DNA of 64,000 bases from Frigoribacterium sp. (lineage in GTDB: Bacteria; Actinomycetota; Actinomycetes; Actinomycetales; Microbacteriaceae), in contig JANYEI010000212.1 in NCBI GenBank assembly GCA_025363205.1, forward strand, positions 16,854-80,853, written 5' to 3'. The position numbers were made by a program, and so were the translations under genes. Below the pieces are notes generated by a model. That model saw only the letters and a program-made list of their open reading frames with translations. It searched no databases and was not told where the DNA came from. Position 1 is the first letter of the stretch; every line of letters begins with the position of its first letter. This document shows positions 46,719-56,220 of this stretch, one piece after another.

Positions 46719-46902
46719 CGACTCTGACGGCACTCAATCGGGCCACGGCGCGCGGTTTACCGTAAAAGCGAGGGCCGCTCTGTGTACTCTGGGAGCGTGG
46801 TCGAACATCACGGGGTCGTACGACCCAATGACGCCACCGGTTTGCTAGCGTTAGCCGACTGTACTTAGCGCTGTACCAGATGAGTTTTTTGAGGTGGCAC
46901 CC

Positions 46903-47763
46903 ATGGCACTTACGCCTGAAGACGTAGTCAACAAGCGATTCCAGCCGACCAAATTCCGCGAGGGGTACGACCAGGATGAGGTCGATGATTTCCTTGACGA
47001 GGTCGTCGTTGAGCTCCGTCGACTCAACCAGGACAACGAGGAGCTTCGCCAGCGCCTCGTCGCGGGAGAGTCGCGTGCCGGCGAGGGTCAGCGCGGCTCC
47101 GCGTTGCCCAATGCCCTCACCGAAGCACCTCAGGGTCAGGCCGCTTCAGAGCAGGGCCAGCTCGCCGCGCAGGTGCAGCCCCGATTCGGTGAGTCGCCTG
47201 TCGCCGCTCCTGTCGAGCCAATGCCCGCCCCGGTGCCCGCCGCCGCGCCGGCTCCGGTCGCCTACTCATCACCCGACCAGAACGCGATCGACTCCGGCAG
47301 CACCAACAACCTGCTGCAGCTGGCGCGCAAGCTCCATGAGGAACACGTGCGCGAGGGTATCGAGAAGCGCGACGCGCTCATCGCCGAGGGACATGCCACC
47401 GCTGCTCGCGTCGTGAGCGAAGCCGAAGCTGCCCAGCGCTCGCAAATCTCCCAGCTCGACGCTGAGAAGGCCGCCCTCGAGCAGCAGAAGACGACGATCG
47501 GGCATCAGATCGACCAGCTGCGTACGTTCGAGCGCGAGTATCGCCAGAAGCTCAAGGGGTACATCGAGGGACAGCTGAAGGAGCTCGACGCCACCGAGCC
47601 CTCGTCAGCGTCGCCCGAGACTCCCACGCCCGCCTCTGCGGCTGCGGACGCAGCATCCCCGTTCGAGAGCGCTCCGGCAACCAGCGGGTCGTTTGACCTC
47701 GGGAGTTCCGACAGCGCGCCCAACCCGACGTCGGCCACTTTCAAGGGCTTTGGCGGCAACTGA
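46903..47763 (+). CDS. divIVA: DivIVA/Wag31 polar scaffold protein
   Basis: MALTPEDVVNKRFQPTKFREGYDQDEVDDFLDEV lipid-binding N-terminus, coiled coils and a low-complexity linker. ATG 46903 after GAGGTGG. Confidence 0.93.
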   Translation: MALTPEDVVNKRFQPTKFREGYDQDEVDDFLDEVVVELRRLNQDNEELRQRLVAGESRAGEGQRGSALPNALTEAPQGQAASEQGQLAAQVQPRFGESPVAAPVEPMPAPVPAAAPAPVAYSSPDQNAIDSGSTNNLLQLARKLHEEHVREGIEKRDALIAEGHATAARVVSEAEAAQRSQISQLDAEKAALEQQKTTIGHQIDQLRTFEREYRQKLKGYIEGQLKELDATEPSSASPETPTPASAAADAASPFESAPATSGSFDLGSSDSAPNPTSATFKGFGGN

Positions 47764-48367
47764 GCCGCGGGCGGAGGCCCCCGCGTCGAAGGGCAGCGGC
47801 TCGACGGTTCGCGTCAGGGCGCTGATCGCGCTGGCTCTCGTCGCGGTAGTCGTTTATCTTCTTGATCAGGTGACCAAATTCTTCATCGTCAGCACGCTGA
47901 CGGAGGGGGAGCAGGTGAAGGCCATCGGAGAGATTCTTCAGTTTCATTTTGTGAAAAATTCGGGTGCGGCCTTTTCCATTGCGAGCGGGTCAACCTGGAT
48001 TTTCTCCATCGCGGCCTCTGCTGTCACGATTTTTATCATCGGTTTCGCTCGACGAATCCGTTCGGTAGCCTGGGCGGTGCTGTTTGGCATGCTGCTGGGC
48101 GGCACCACCGGAAACCTCACCGATCGGTTGTTCCGGGAGCCCGGCTTTGGGGTCGGGCACGTCATCGACTTCATCCTGGTGAAGGGCTTCCCCGCTATCT
48201 TCAACATCGCGGACTCGTTCATCGTCGCGAGCATGGGGCTGTTCATTCTGCTGACCATTCGTGGAATCGGGCTCGATGGCCGCCGAACGTCCGAGCGCCA
48301 AGCCGCGGGTGGGGTGGATGTTCCCACAGAGGCGGAACACCCGATCAGTAACACCGACACCAAGTAG
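47750..48367 (+). CDS. lspA: Lipoprotein signal peptidase II
   Basis: DQVTK after TM1, then NSGAAFS and FNIADS blocks. The only in-frame starts upstream of TM1 are TTG 47750 and TTG 47693, both inside divIVA. Confidence 0.8.
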   Translation: MAATEPRAEAPASKGSGSTVRVRALIALALVAVVVYLLDQVTKFFIVSTLTEGEQVKAIGEILQFHFVKNSGAAFSIASGSTWIFSIAASAVTIFIIGFARRIRSVAWAVLFGMLLGGTTGNLTDRLFREPGFGVGHVIDFILVKGFPAIFNIADSFIVASMGLFILLTIRGIGLDGRRTSERQAAGGVDVPTEAEHPISNTDTK

Positions 48368-48375
48368 GCACCACA

Positions 48376-49296
48376 ATGGAATCGCGCAGTCTTCCGGTAC
48401 CGGATGGGCTTGCTGGTGAGCGTGTCGACGCGGCCCTTGCGAAGCTCATGGGCTTCTCGCGCAGTTTTGCTGCCGAAGTAACCGAAGCCGGTGGAGTGGT
48501 CGTCGACGGAGTGACCCTCGGCAAGTCGGATCGGCTGCGTGCCGAGAGCTGGCTTGAGGTGACCTGGCAGCCGAAGGTCGCCCCGTCAATCGAGCCGGTC
48601 ATCGTGCCGGACCTTGGCATCGTCTACGACGACGACGACATCGTGGTGGTCGACAAACCGGTGGGAGTGGCCGCACACCCCTCTGTCGGGTGGTCCGGGC
48701 CGACCGTGCTCGGTGCCCTAGCGGGTGCGGGATTCCGCGTCTCCACGTCGGGGGCGGCGGAGCGGGCCGGAATCGTGCACCGCCTCGATGCCGGCACGAG
48801 TGGACTGATGGTCGTGGCGAAGAGCGAACGTGCATACACCGAGCTCAAGCGACAGTTTCACGATCGCGAGGTCGACAAGATTTATCACGCGGTCGTGCAG
48901 GGGCATCCGGATCCGCTTGCCGGCACGATCGACGCGCCGATCGGGCGTCATCCTTCGTCGAGCTGGAAGTTTGCGGTCACCTCCGACGGCAAGAACTCCG
49001 TAACGCACTACGAGACGCTCGAGGCTTTCCCCAGTGCCTCGCTGCTCGAAGTCCACCTCGAGACCGGCCGTACTCACCAGATCCGGGTGCACATGGCCGC
49101 CCAACGGCATCCCTGTGTCGGGGACGCGATGTACGGAGCTGACCCCACGATCACGGCGCGCCTCGGCCTCACCCGGCAGTGGTTGCACGCGAAACAACTC
49201 GGGTTTATGCACCCGGGAACACGCGAGCGGGTGCTCTTTACCAGCGAGTATCCCGCCGACCTGCAACGCGCACTCGAGGTGCTCCGCGGGGACTGA
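48376..49296 (+). CDS. rluD: RluA-family 23S rRNA pseudouridine synthase (RluD-like)
   Basis: 306 aa. N-terminal S4-like region and catalytic [15 protein letters not shown]. Confidence 0.9.
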   Translation: MESRSLPVPDGLAGERVDAALAKLMGFSRSFAAEVTEAGGVVVDGVTLGKSDRLRAESWLEVTWQPKVAPSIEPVIVPDLGIVYDDDDIVVVDKPVGVAAHPSVGWSGPTVLGALAGAGFRVSTSGAAERAGIVHRLDAGTSGLMVVAKSERAYTELKRQFHDREVDKIYHAVVQGHPDPLAGTIDAPIGRHPSSSWKFAVTSDGKNSVTHYETLEAFPSASLLEVHLETGRTHQIRVHMAAQRHPCVGDAMYGADPTITARLGLTRQWLHAKQLGFMHPGTRERVLFTSEYPADLQRALEVLRGD

Positions 49297-49342
49297 CCGA
49301 GGCTTAAGCTGTAGTCCCGCCCCCGGTGAAGTAAGGGAAGAA

Positions 49343-52300
49343 TTGCCTCCAAGCAACGATTCATTCGTGCACCTGCACGTGCACAGCGAATACTCGATGC
49401 TCGATGGCGCCGCCCGGATCGGTCCGCTGATGAAGGCCGCCGCCGAGCAGGAGATGCCGGCGATCGCGATGACCGACCACGGAAACATGTTCGGTGCGTA
49501 CGACTTCTGGAAGCAGGCCACTGCCAACGGGGTGAAACCGATCATCGGCACGGAGGCGTACATCACCCCTGGCACCGCGCGCCAGGATCGCACGCGCGTG
49601 AAGTGGGGCGCGAACCACCAGAACCAGGATGACGTCGGCGGCTCCGGGTCGTACACCCATATGACGCTGCTCTCAGAGAACAACGAGGGCATGCATAACC
49701 TGTTCCGCCTGTCGTCCCTCGCGTCCATCGAGGGCTACTACTTCAAGCCCCGCATGGACCGTGAGCTGTTGAGCCGCTACGGCACAGGCATCATCGCCAC
49801 GACCGGCTGTGTGGGTGGCGAGGTGCAGACCCGCCTGAGGCTCGGCCAGTACGACGAGGCACGAAAGGCCGCAGCGGACTTCCGGGACATCTTCGGCGAG
49901 GGAAATTTCTTCGCCGAGGTCATGGACCATGGCATTGACATCGAGCGCCGAACGATGGAAGACCTGTTCCGCCTCGCCAAAGACCTCAACCTGCCGCTGC
50001 TCGCCACGAACGACCTGCACTACACGCACGCCCACGACTCGACGGCCCATGCGGCGCTGCTCTGCGTGCAATCCGCTTCCACGCTCGATGATCCCAACCG
50101 GTTCAAGTTCGACTCGAACGAGTTCTATCTCAAATCGGCTGCGGAGATGCGCCATCTGTTCCGCGATCACCCCGAGGCCTGTGACAACACCCTGCTGATC
50201 GCCGAGCGTTGCGATGTGTCGTTTGAACACCGCAATCTGATGCCGCGCTTCCCGGTGCCTGAAGGCGAGACGGAGGCCACCTGGTTCGAGAAGGAGGTCA
50301 ACGCAGGCATGCTGCGGCGGTTCCACAATGCGCCGTCAGAGGCGCATCTCGCGCAGGCGAAGTACGAGGTCGACGTGATCAAGCAGATGGGATTCCCCGG
50401 CTACTTCCTCGTCGTCGCGGACTTCATCGCCTGGGCCAAGGCACAGGGTATTCGCGTCGGGCCGGGTCGTGGATCCGCGGCCGGTTCGATGGCCTCCTAT
50501 GCCATGGGCATCACCGAGCTCGATCCCCTTGCGCACGGTCTCATCTTTGAGCGTTTCCTGAATCCCGAGCGCGTGTCGATGCCCGACGTCGACGTCGACT
50601 TCGATGATCGGCGACGCGGCGAGGTCATCCGCTATGTCACCGAAAAGTACGGGGATGACCGGGTTGCCCAGATCGTGACCTACGGCACGATCAAGGCGAA
50701 GCAGGCGCTCAAGGACTCGGCCCGCGTGCTCGGGATGCCCTACTCGGTGGGCGAGAAGCTCACGAAAGCGATGCCGCCGACGATCATGGGCAAGGACATC
50801 ACGCTGAGCGACGTGCTCGACAAGGCCGCTCCGCGTTGGAAGGAGGCCGCTGACTTCCGTGCGGTGCTCGAGACGGATCGGGATGCCGCGACGGTGTTTG
50901 AAACCGCGCGCGGTATCGAGAACCTCAAGCGACAGTGGGGCGTGCACGCCGCTGGCGTGATCCTGTCGGCGGAACCACTCATCGACGTGCTTCCGATCAT
51001 GAAGCGCGAAGACGACGGCGCGATCATCACCCAGTTCGACCAGCCACCGCTTGAGTCTCTCGGCCTCATCAAGATGGACTTCCTCGGACTGCGAAACCTC
51101 ACCGTAATCGAAGATGCGCTGCGGATGATCGAGCGAAACACGGGCGCCACGCTCGTGATCGAAGACCTTGATCTCGACGCCGACCAGAAGACCTACGACC
51201 TGTTGGCGCGTGGAGACACTCTCGGCGTCTTCCAGCTGGATGGTGGACCGATGCGTTCACTTCTCAAGCAGCTCAAGCCGACCAACTTCGAAGACATCTC
51301 CGCCGTCATCGCGCTCTATCGTCCGGGCCCGATGGGTATGAACTCGCACACGAACTATGCCCTGCGCAAGAACGGGCTGCAGACGATCGACGCGATCCAT
51401 CCGGAGCTCGCTGAGCCGTTGCGCGAGAGCCTCGGCATCACCTACGGTCTCATCGTCTACCAGGAGCAGGTGATGTCGGTCGCGCAGAAGGTGGCCGGAT
51501 TCACGCTCGGCCAAGCCGACGTGCTGCGGCGGGCGATGGGCAAGAAGAAGAAGTCGGAGCTCGATAAGCAATACGCCGACTTCGAGGCCGGTATGACCGG
51601 CAACGGCTACAGCGCACAGGCCGTGAAGGTGTTGTGGGACACCCTGATGCCGTTCGCTGACTACGCCTTCAACAAGGCCCACAGCGCCGGCTACGGCGTT
51701 CTGAGCTACTGGACGGCCTATCTCAAGGCCAACCATCCCGCCGAGTACATGGCGGCCCTCCTGACCAGCGTCGGTGACTCCAAGGACAAGCTCGGCATGT
51801 ACCTGAGCGAGTGTCGCCGGATGGGCATCCGGGTGCTTGCCCCGGACGTGAACGAGTCGAGCGGCGACTTCACCGCCGTTCCGAGTGAGGCCGGTATCGG
51901 CGACATCCGCTTCGGTCTTGGTGCGATTCGCAACGTCGGTTCGAACGTTGTCGAGGCGATCGCGAAGTCTCGGGACGAGAAGGGCCGCTTCGAGTCCTTC
52001 CACGACTTTCTTCGCAAGGTGCCGATCCAGGTGGCGAACAAGCGCACGGTCGAGTCGCTCATCAAGTCGGGCGCGTTCGATTCGACAAGGGCCACTCGTC
52101 GGGCATTGCTTGAGATTCACGAGGATGCGATCGACTCGGCCGTGAGCGATAAGCGCGCCGAAGCGAATGGCCAGGTCGGTTTCGACTTCGACAGCCTCTG
52201 GGATGAGCCGCAGGCCGTGAACCAGGTTCCCGACCGCCCGGAGTGGTCGAAGCGTGACAAGCTCGCTTTCGAGCGCGAGATGCTCGGGCTCTATGTGTCC

Positions 52301-52879
52301 GATCATCCGCTCGCCGGACTCGAACTGCAGCTCGCCAAGCATGCCGGCAACAGCATCACCGAGGTGCTTGGTGGCGAGGTCGCCGGCGACGGGGAGCATG
52401 TGACGATCGCCGGCCTTATCACTTCGGTGCAGCACCGCACAGCGCGAAATTCCGGCAACCAGTACGGTCTCATCACCGTTGAGGACTTTGCGGGGGAGAT
52501 CACCGTGATGTTCCTCGGCAAGGCCTACCAGGAGTTTTCGCCCGCCCTCACGAACGACGCGATCGTGGTGGTGCGCGGCCGCGTGAGCATGCGGGATGAC
52601 GGCATGAACCTGCATGCCTCGAGCATGTTCACGCCCGATCTCGGCCAGAGCCTCGGCGCCGGACCGCTCACGATCTCGATGCCGGAGTTCAGGGCGACGA
52701 CGGATGTGGTGACGCAGCTCAATGACGTTCTAATCCGGCACTCGGGCGACACCGAAGTGCGGCTCAAGCTCGTCAAGGGTGAAACCGCCCGCGTGTTCGA
52801 GATTCCGTTCCCGGTCTCGGTCAACGCCGATCTGTACGGCGAACTCAAGTCCCTTCTCGGTCCAAACTGCGTGGTCTGA
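49343..52879 (+). CDS. dnaE: DNA polymerase III alpha subunit
   Basis: Start at TTG 49343 (AAGGGAAG upstream) gives ...SFVHLHVHSEYSMLDG, the PHP domain. The track ORF from 49034 overlaps rluD. 1178 aa. Confidence 0.93.
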   Translation: MPPSNDSFVHLHVHSEYSMLDGAARIGPLMKAAAEQEMPAIAMTDHGNMFGAYDFWKQATANGVKPIIGTEAYITPGTARQDRTRVKWGANHQNQDDVGGSGSYTHMTLLSENNEGMHNLFRLSSLASIEGYYFKPRMDRELLSRYGTGIIATTGCVGGEVQTRLRLGQYDEARKAAADFRDIFGEGNFFAEVMDHGIDIERRTMEDLFRLAKDLNLPLLATNDLHYTHAHDSTAHAALLCVQSASTLDDPNRFKFDSNEFYLKSAAEMRHLFRDHPEACDNTLLIAERCDVSFEHRNLMPRFPVPEGETEATWFEKEVNAGMLRRFHNAPSEAHLAQAKYEVDVIKQMGFPGYFLVVADFIAWAKAQGIRVGPGRGSAAGSMASYAMGITELDPLAHGLIFERFLNPERVSMPDVDVDFDDRRRGEVIRYVTEKYGDDRVAQIVTYGTIKAKQALKDSARVLGMPYSVGEKLTKAMPPTIMGKDITLSDVLDKAAPRWKEAADFRAVLETDRDAATVFETARGIENLKRQWGVHAAGVILSAEPLIDVLPIMKREDDGAIITQFDQPPLESLGLIKMDFLGLRNLTVIEDALRMIERNTGATLVIEDLDLDADQKTYDLLARGDTLGVFQLDGGPMRSLLKQLKPTNFEDISAVIALYRPGPMGMNSHTNYALRKNGLQTIDAIHPELAEPLRESLGITYGLIVYQEQVMSVAQKVAGFTLGQADVLRRAMGKKKKSELDKQYADFEAGMTGNGYSAQAVKVLWDTLMPFADYAFNKAHSAGYGVLSYWTAYLKANHPAEYMAALLTSVGDSKDKLGMYLSECRRMGIRVLAPDVNESSGDFTAVPSEAGIGDIRFGLGAIRNVGSNVVEAIAKSRDEKGRFESFHDFLRKVPIQVANKRTVESLIKSGAFDSTRATRRALLEIHEDAIDSAVSDKRAEANGQVGFDFDSLWDEPQAVNQVPDRPEWSKRDKLAFEREMLGLYVSDHPLAGLELQLAKHAGNSITEVLGGEVAGDGEHVTIAGLITSVQHRTARNSGNQYGLITVEDFAGEITVMFLGKAYQEFSPALTNDAIVVVRGRVSMRDDGMNLHASSMFTPDLGQSLGAGPLTISMPEFRATTDVVTQLNDVLIRHSGDTEVRLKLVKGETARVFEIPFPVSVNADLYGELKSLLGPNCVV

Positions 52880-52941
52880 GCGTCAGCTTCGTTGCGTACG
52901 GGTCGACGTGCGTCAGGGGCCCGCTTGATCGACACAGAGAT

Positions 52942-52983
52942 GCTGAGACACTGAGACGCTGAGCCGCTGAGACGCTGAGCGTC
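52942..52983. repeat. Tandem repeat, 7-9-nt unit GCTGAGAC x5
   Basis: GCTGAGACA CTGAGAC GCTGAGCC GCTGAGAC GCTGAGC GTC. The terminal CTGAGCGTC (52975-52983) repeats the dnaE stop context CTGAGCGTC (52876-52884). Confidence 0.85.
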
Positions 52984-53255
52984 GGCGCGCGATTTGCGCG
53001 GATTACGGACATGTTGGCGGTGCCTGCCATACCTGCGATTGGTGCCGGAGCCGAGAGGGTAACCGTGACGGCCCTGACGGCTGCGAGCGAGATGACGCGG
53101 GTTGCGAGAGTGTCTTCGTAGGCAGGGAGTTCCCCCGTGGCTCGGAGTGGAATCATCCCGGTCCCAGCACGAGCCCGGACGGAGTATCGGATGCCCGCTT
53201 GGATGTCCCGGCGCTGTCATGTTCCGGTGGGGTGCAGTTCCCTCTGCGGCTGATT

Positions 53256-53341
53256 TCCGTGTGCGGTGTCGATCCTCCCGCGGCTCTAATCCATGTGTGG
53301 CGTCGATTCGTATGCGGCGCTCACTCGTGCGCGGCGTCGTT
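53256..53341. repeat. Degenerate tandem repeat, 17-18-nt unit TCGTGTGCGGCGTCGAT x4
   Basis: Units at 53256-53273, 53290-53307, 53308-53324 and 53325-53341. The next unit (TCGTGTGCGAAATGCAGGA) forms the left arm of hairpin copy B. Confidence 0.7.
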
Positions 53342-53345
53342 TCGT

Positions 53346-53430
53346 GTGCGAAATGCAGGAAGCAGTGTGACTGGAGTGACGGATGGGGCACACCAACCAC
53401 ATCCGTCACGCATCGTCCTGCATTTCGAAC
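53346..53430. repeat. Long inverted-repeat (hairpin) element, copy B
   Basis: CGAAATGCAGGA (53349-53360) pairs with TCCTGCATTTCG (53416-53427), plus GT/AC beyond one mismatch. 55-nt core with nested GTGACGGATG/CATCCGTCAC. Ungapped core identity to copy A is 38/55 by my manual alignment. Confidence 0.9.
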
Positions 53431-53440
53431 CGGCGGGGCG

Positions 53441-53623
53441 GCCGAGCCAAGCGGATGCCGAGCCGAGTGGATGCCGAGCCGAGCCGAGCGGATGCCGAGC
53501 CGAGTGGATGCCGGGCGTGCCGGGATGCGGGAGCCGAGCGGACGCGGGAGCCGAGCGGATGCGGATGTCGATCGGATGCCGGGCGTGCCGGGACGCGGAT
53601 GCCGGAGCCGAGCGGATGCGGAT
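53441..53623. repeat. Tandem repeat, 16-23-nt unit GCCGAGCCGAG(Y)GGAT x about 11
   Basis: Unit boundaries (each ending GGAT or GGAC) at 53456, 53472, 53493, 53509, 53526, 53543, 53560, 53577, 53594, 53617 and 53623. Decays into CCGACCC heptamers up to 53683. Confidence 0.85.
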
Positions 53624-53688
53624 GCCGAACCGACCCGACCCAGCGGCCCGACCTAGCCGATCCGACCCGACCGACCGGCCGACGTCAG

Positions 53689-54207
53689 CTATACGGCGTC
53701 GCCCGGCTTCAGGTAGGTGCGCTCGTGGTAGAGGAGGGCGGCATCCGGCTCACCGAGTGCTCCCTCTTCAATCTGCACCACGATGACGGCATTGTTTGCC
53801 ACCGGGAAGCGCTCGACGATGCGCCCAACCATCCACGAAGTGACCCCCTCGAGAATCGGCAGGCCATGCGGGCCAGGCGCCCAGTGGTCGCCTGTGAAGC
53901 GCAGGTCGTGATCGCCGGACATCCGTTCGGCGAGGTGACGCGTGCGCGCGCCCATGGTCTGGATGGCCACCCAGTCGGTGCCGGCGATGGCCGGCCAGGC
54001 GCTGGCGACCTTCGCCATGTTGAAGGTCGCGAGGGGAGGAACCGCAGCAAGCGAGGCGAGGGATGTCGCGGTGAACCCGACCGGCTTCCCTTCCGGGGTC
54101 AACGCGGTGATCACCACCACTCCGGCGGCGTGCCGACGAAAGGCGTGCTTGAAAGCCGCGATGCCGTCCGGTTCTCCTGCAGCGGTCACGGGTGCTGTCT
54201 CATCCAC
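53689..54207 (-). CDS. Flavin reductase family protein (NAD(P)H-FMN oxidoreductase, RutF/HpaC-like)
   Basis: 172 aa. FKHAFRRHAAGVVVITA...PVGFTATSLASLAAVPPLATFNM matches the Flavin_Reduct fold pattern. Confidence 0.8.
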   Translation of the reverse strand: MDETAPVTAAGEPDGIAAFKHAFRRHAAGVVVITALTPEGKPVGFTATSLASLAAVPPLATFNMAKVASAWPAIAGTDWVAIQTMGARTRHLAERMSGDHDLRFTGDHWAPGPHGLPILEGVTSWMVGRIVERFPVANNAVIVVQIEEGALGEPDAALLYHERTYLKPGDAV

Positions 54208-54342
54208 CGGTATGTCAATTCCCTGTCAACTGCGATTATTTCTCTGGCGTGCGAGCGAGCCTCTGGCGTGCGAGCGGGCCTCTAGCGTGGCCAGCGGTCT
54301 CTCGCTCAGCACACAGAGTGGCTCCCCTAGGCTTAGCCCGCC

Positions 54343-55653
54343 ATGATCAAGATGATTGACCTTCGGGACCTCAAGCCTAGCCGCGCCGAACTCCTCGCCC
54401 TCGTTCCGCGGTCCCTGACGGATGTCTCGGCCGCGACCGCGATCGCCCAGGAGCTCATCAGCGACGTGCGAGAGCGCGGTGAAGCTGCACTGCTCGACCA
54501 AGCCGAACGCTTCGACGGGGTGCGACCGCTCCGCGTACGGCTGGATGTCGCCGATGTCTCGGCCGCCGTCCGTGGTCTCAGTGTGCCGGTACGTGATGCG
54601 CTCGAAGAAGCGATCGTGCGGGTGCGCGCCGCATCCGAAGCCCAACTGCCCACGTCACGCATCACTAGTTTCGGGCCGGGTGCAGAGGTCATCCAGCGCT
54701 GGAGCCCGGTCGCTCGTGTTGGCCTCTATGTGCCCGGTGGCAAGGCCGTTTATCCGTCGAGCGTGGTGATGAACGTCGTGCCGGCGCAGGTCGCCGGTGT
54801 CTCGTCGGTGGCGCTGGCCTCCCCGGCGCAACGGCAGTTCGACGGAAGCATCCACCCCGCCATCCTCGGAGCCGCCGGCCTTCTCGGCATCGACGAGGTC
54901 TATGCAATGGGCGGTGCCGGTGCGGTCGGTGCCTTCGCCTGGGGCGTGCCGGGGCTGAGCCTCGATCCCGTTCAGGTGATCACCGGACCCGGCAACGTTT
55001 ACGTCGCGGCGGCCAAACGAATCGTGCGCGCGCAGGTCGGCATCGACGCCGAGGCCGGTCCCACCGAAATCCTCGTGATCGCGGATGCCACGGCGGATCC
55101 CTTCCTCGTCGCGACGGATCTCATCAGCCAAGCCGAGCACGACGAACTCGCCGCCGCGGTGCTCGTCACCGACTCGGTGGACCTGGCCGACCGCGTGCAG
55201 GCGGAGCTCGTCAGGCTCGCGGTCCTCACCCCGCACAGCGCCCGAGTCGACATCTCGCTCCGAGGCATCCAGTCCGCCGTCGTGCTGGTCGACGACATGG
55301 CGGCGGCGGCGGCCTTCAGCAACGTTTACGGTCCGGAGCACCTCGAGATTCAGACTGCGGACCCTGGGGAGGTGCTCGAACTCATCGAGAGTGCGGGAGC
55401 GATCTTCCTCGGTCCGAACTCACCCGTGAGCCTTGGTGACTACCTGGCCGGCTCGAACCATGTGCTGCCGACCGGCGGGCAGGCTCGTTTCACTCCGGGC
55501 CTCGGCGCCTACACCTTCCTTCGGCCGCAGCAGGTCATCCGCTACGACCGCGATGCCCTCAAGGCGGTGGAAGACAAGGTCGTTGCGCTGGCCACCGCCG
55601 AAGATCTTCCCGCTCACGCGGCGGCGATAACCGCGCGGTTCTCCAGGAGCTAG
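54343..55653 (+). CDS. hisD: Histidinol dehydrogenase
   Basis: 436 aa. [34 protein letters not shown] and GPEHLEI blocks. Confidence 0.92.
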   Translation: MIKMIDLRDLKPSRAELLALVPRSLTDVSAATAIAQELISDVRERGEAALLDQAERFDGVRPLRVRLDVADVSAAVRGLSVPVRDALEEAIVRVRAASEAQLPTSRITSFGPGAEVIQRWSPVARVGLYVPGGKAVYPSSVVMNVVPAQVAGVSSVALASPAQRQFDGSIHPAILGAAGLLGIDEVYAMGGAGAVGAFAWGVPGLSLDPVQVITGPGNVYVAAAKRIVRAQVGIDAEAGPTEILVIADATADPFLVATDLISQAEHDELAAAVLVTDSVDLADRVQAELVRLAVLTPHSARVDISLRGIQSAVVLVDDMAAAAAFSNVYGPEHLEIQTADPGEVLELIESAGAIFLGPNSPVSLGDYLAGSNHVLPTGGQARFTPGLGAYTFLRPQQVIRYDRDALKAVEDKVVALATAEDLPAHAAAITARFSRS

Positions 55654-55696
55654 GTTCCCGCTCGGATCGGGCGGTGCACGCTATCCTGACAGCACC

Positions 55697-56170
55697 ATGT
55701 TCTGCCCCTTCTGCAGGTATCCCGATTCACGCGTCATCGACTCGCGCACCAGCGACGACGGCATGTCCATCCGTCGGCGTCGCCAGTGTCCGGACTGCGG
55801 GCGGCGCTTCTCCACGACCGAGACTGCGAGTCTCAACGTTGTGAAGCGAAGCGGCGTCGTGCAGCCGTTCAGCCGGGAGAAGATCGTTTCCGGAGTGCGA
55901 AAGGCCTGCCAGGGTCGACCGGTGACCGACACCGACCTGGCGATGCTCGCCCAGCGGGTGGAGGAGACGATCCGGGCGACGGGCGCCTCACAGGTAGATG
56001 CAAACGACATCGGTCTTGCGATCCTGCCCCCGCTGCGCGAACTCGACGAGGTCGCCTACCTGCGCTTTGCCAGCGTGTACCAGGGCTTTGACTCGCTCGA
56101 GGATTTCGAGGCGGCCATCACGCTGCTGCGCGTCGAGCACGACGCGGCGGCAGACGTCACCGAAAACTGA
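55697..56170 (+). CDS. nrdR: Transcriptional repressor NrdR
   Basis: [22 protein letters not shown]...[17 protein letters not shown] zinc ribbon plus an ATP-cone. Confidence 0.95.
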   Translation: MFCPFCRYPDSRVIDSRTSDDGMSIRRRRQCPDCGRRFSTTETASLNVVKRSGVVQPFSREKIVSGVRKACQGRPVTDTDLAMLAQRVEETIRATGASQVDANDIGLAILPPLRELDEVAYLRFASVYQGFDSLEDFEAAITLLRVEHDAAADVTEN

Positions 56171-56220
56171 GTGCGCTGACGGGCCTGAGGGTGCTGACGG
56201 GCCGCTAATCTGAAGATGGC

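Noticed and set aside
53441-53623. Possibility that the repeat arrays (also 11487-11686 and 23587-23669) are CRISPR arrays.
   Set aside because: Units are contiguous with no unique spacers between them. The unit length (16-17 nt) is too short, and there are no cas genes in the window.
53102-54285. ORFs 53102-53656, 53199-53786 and 53383-54285 in the dnaE spacer.
   Set aside because: They are translations of the 16-17-nt tandem arrays (repetitive PSGCRAE / ADAGAER peptides) and run into the flavin reductase gene antisense. There is no start context.
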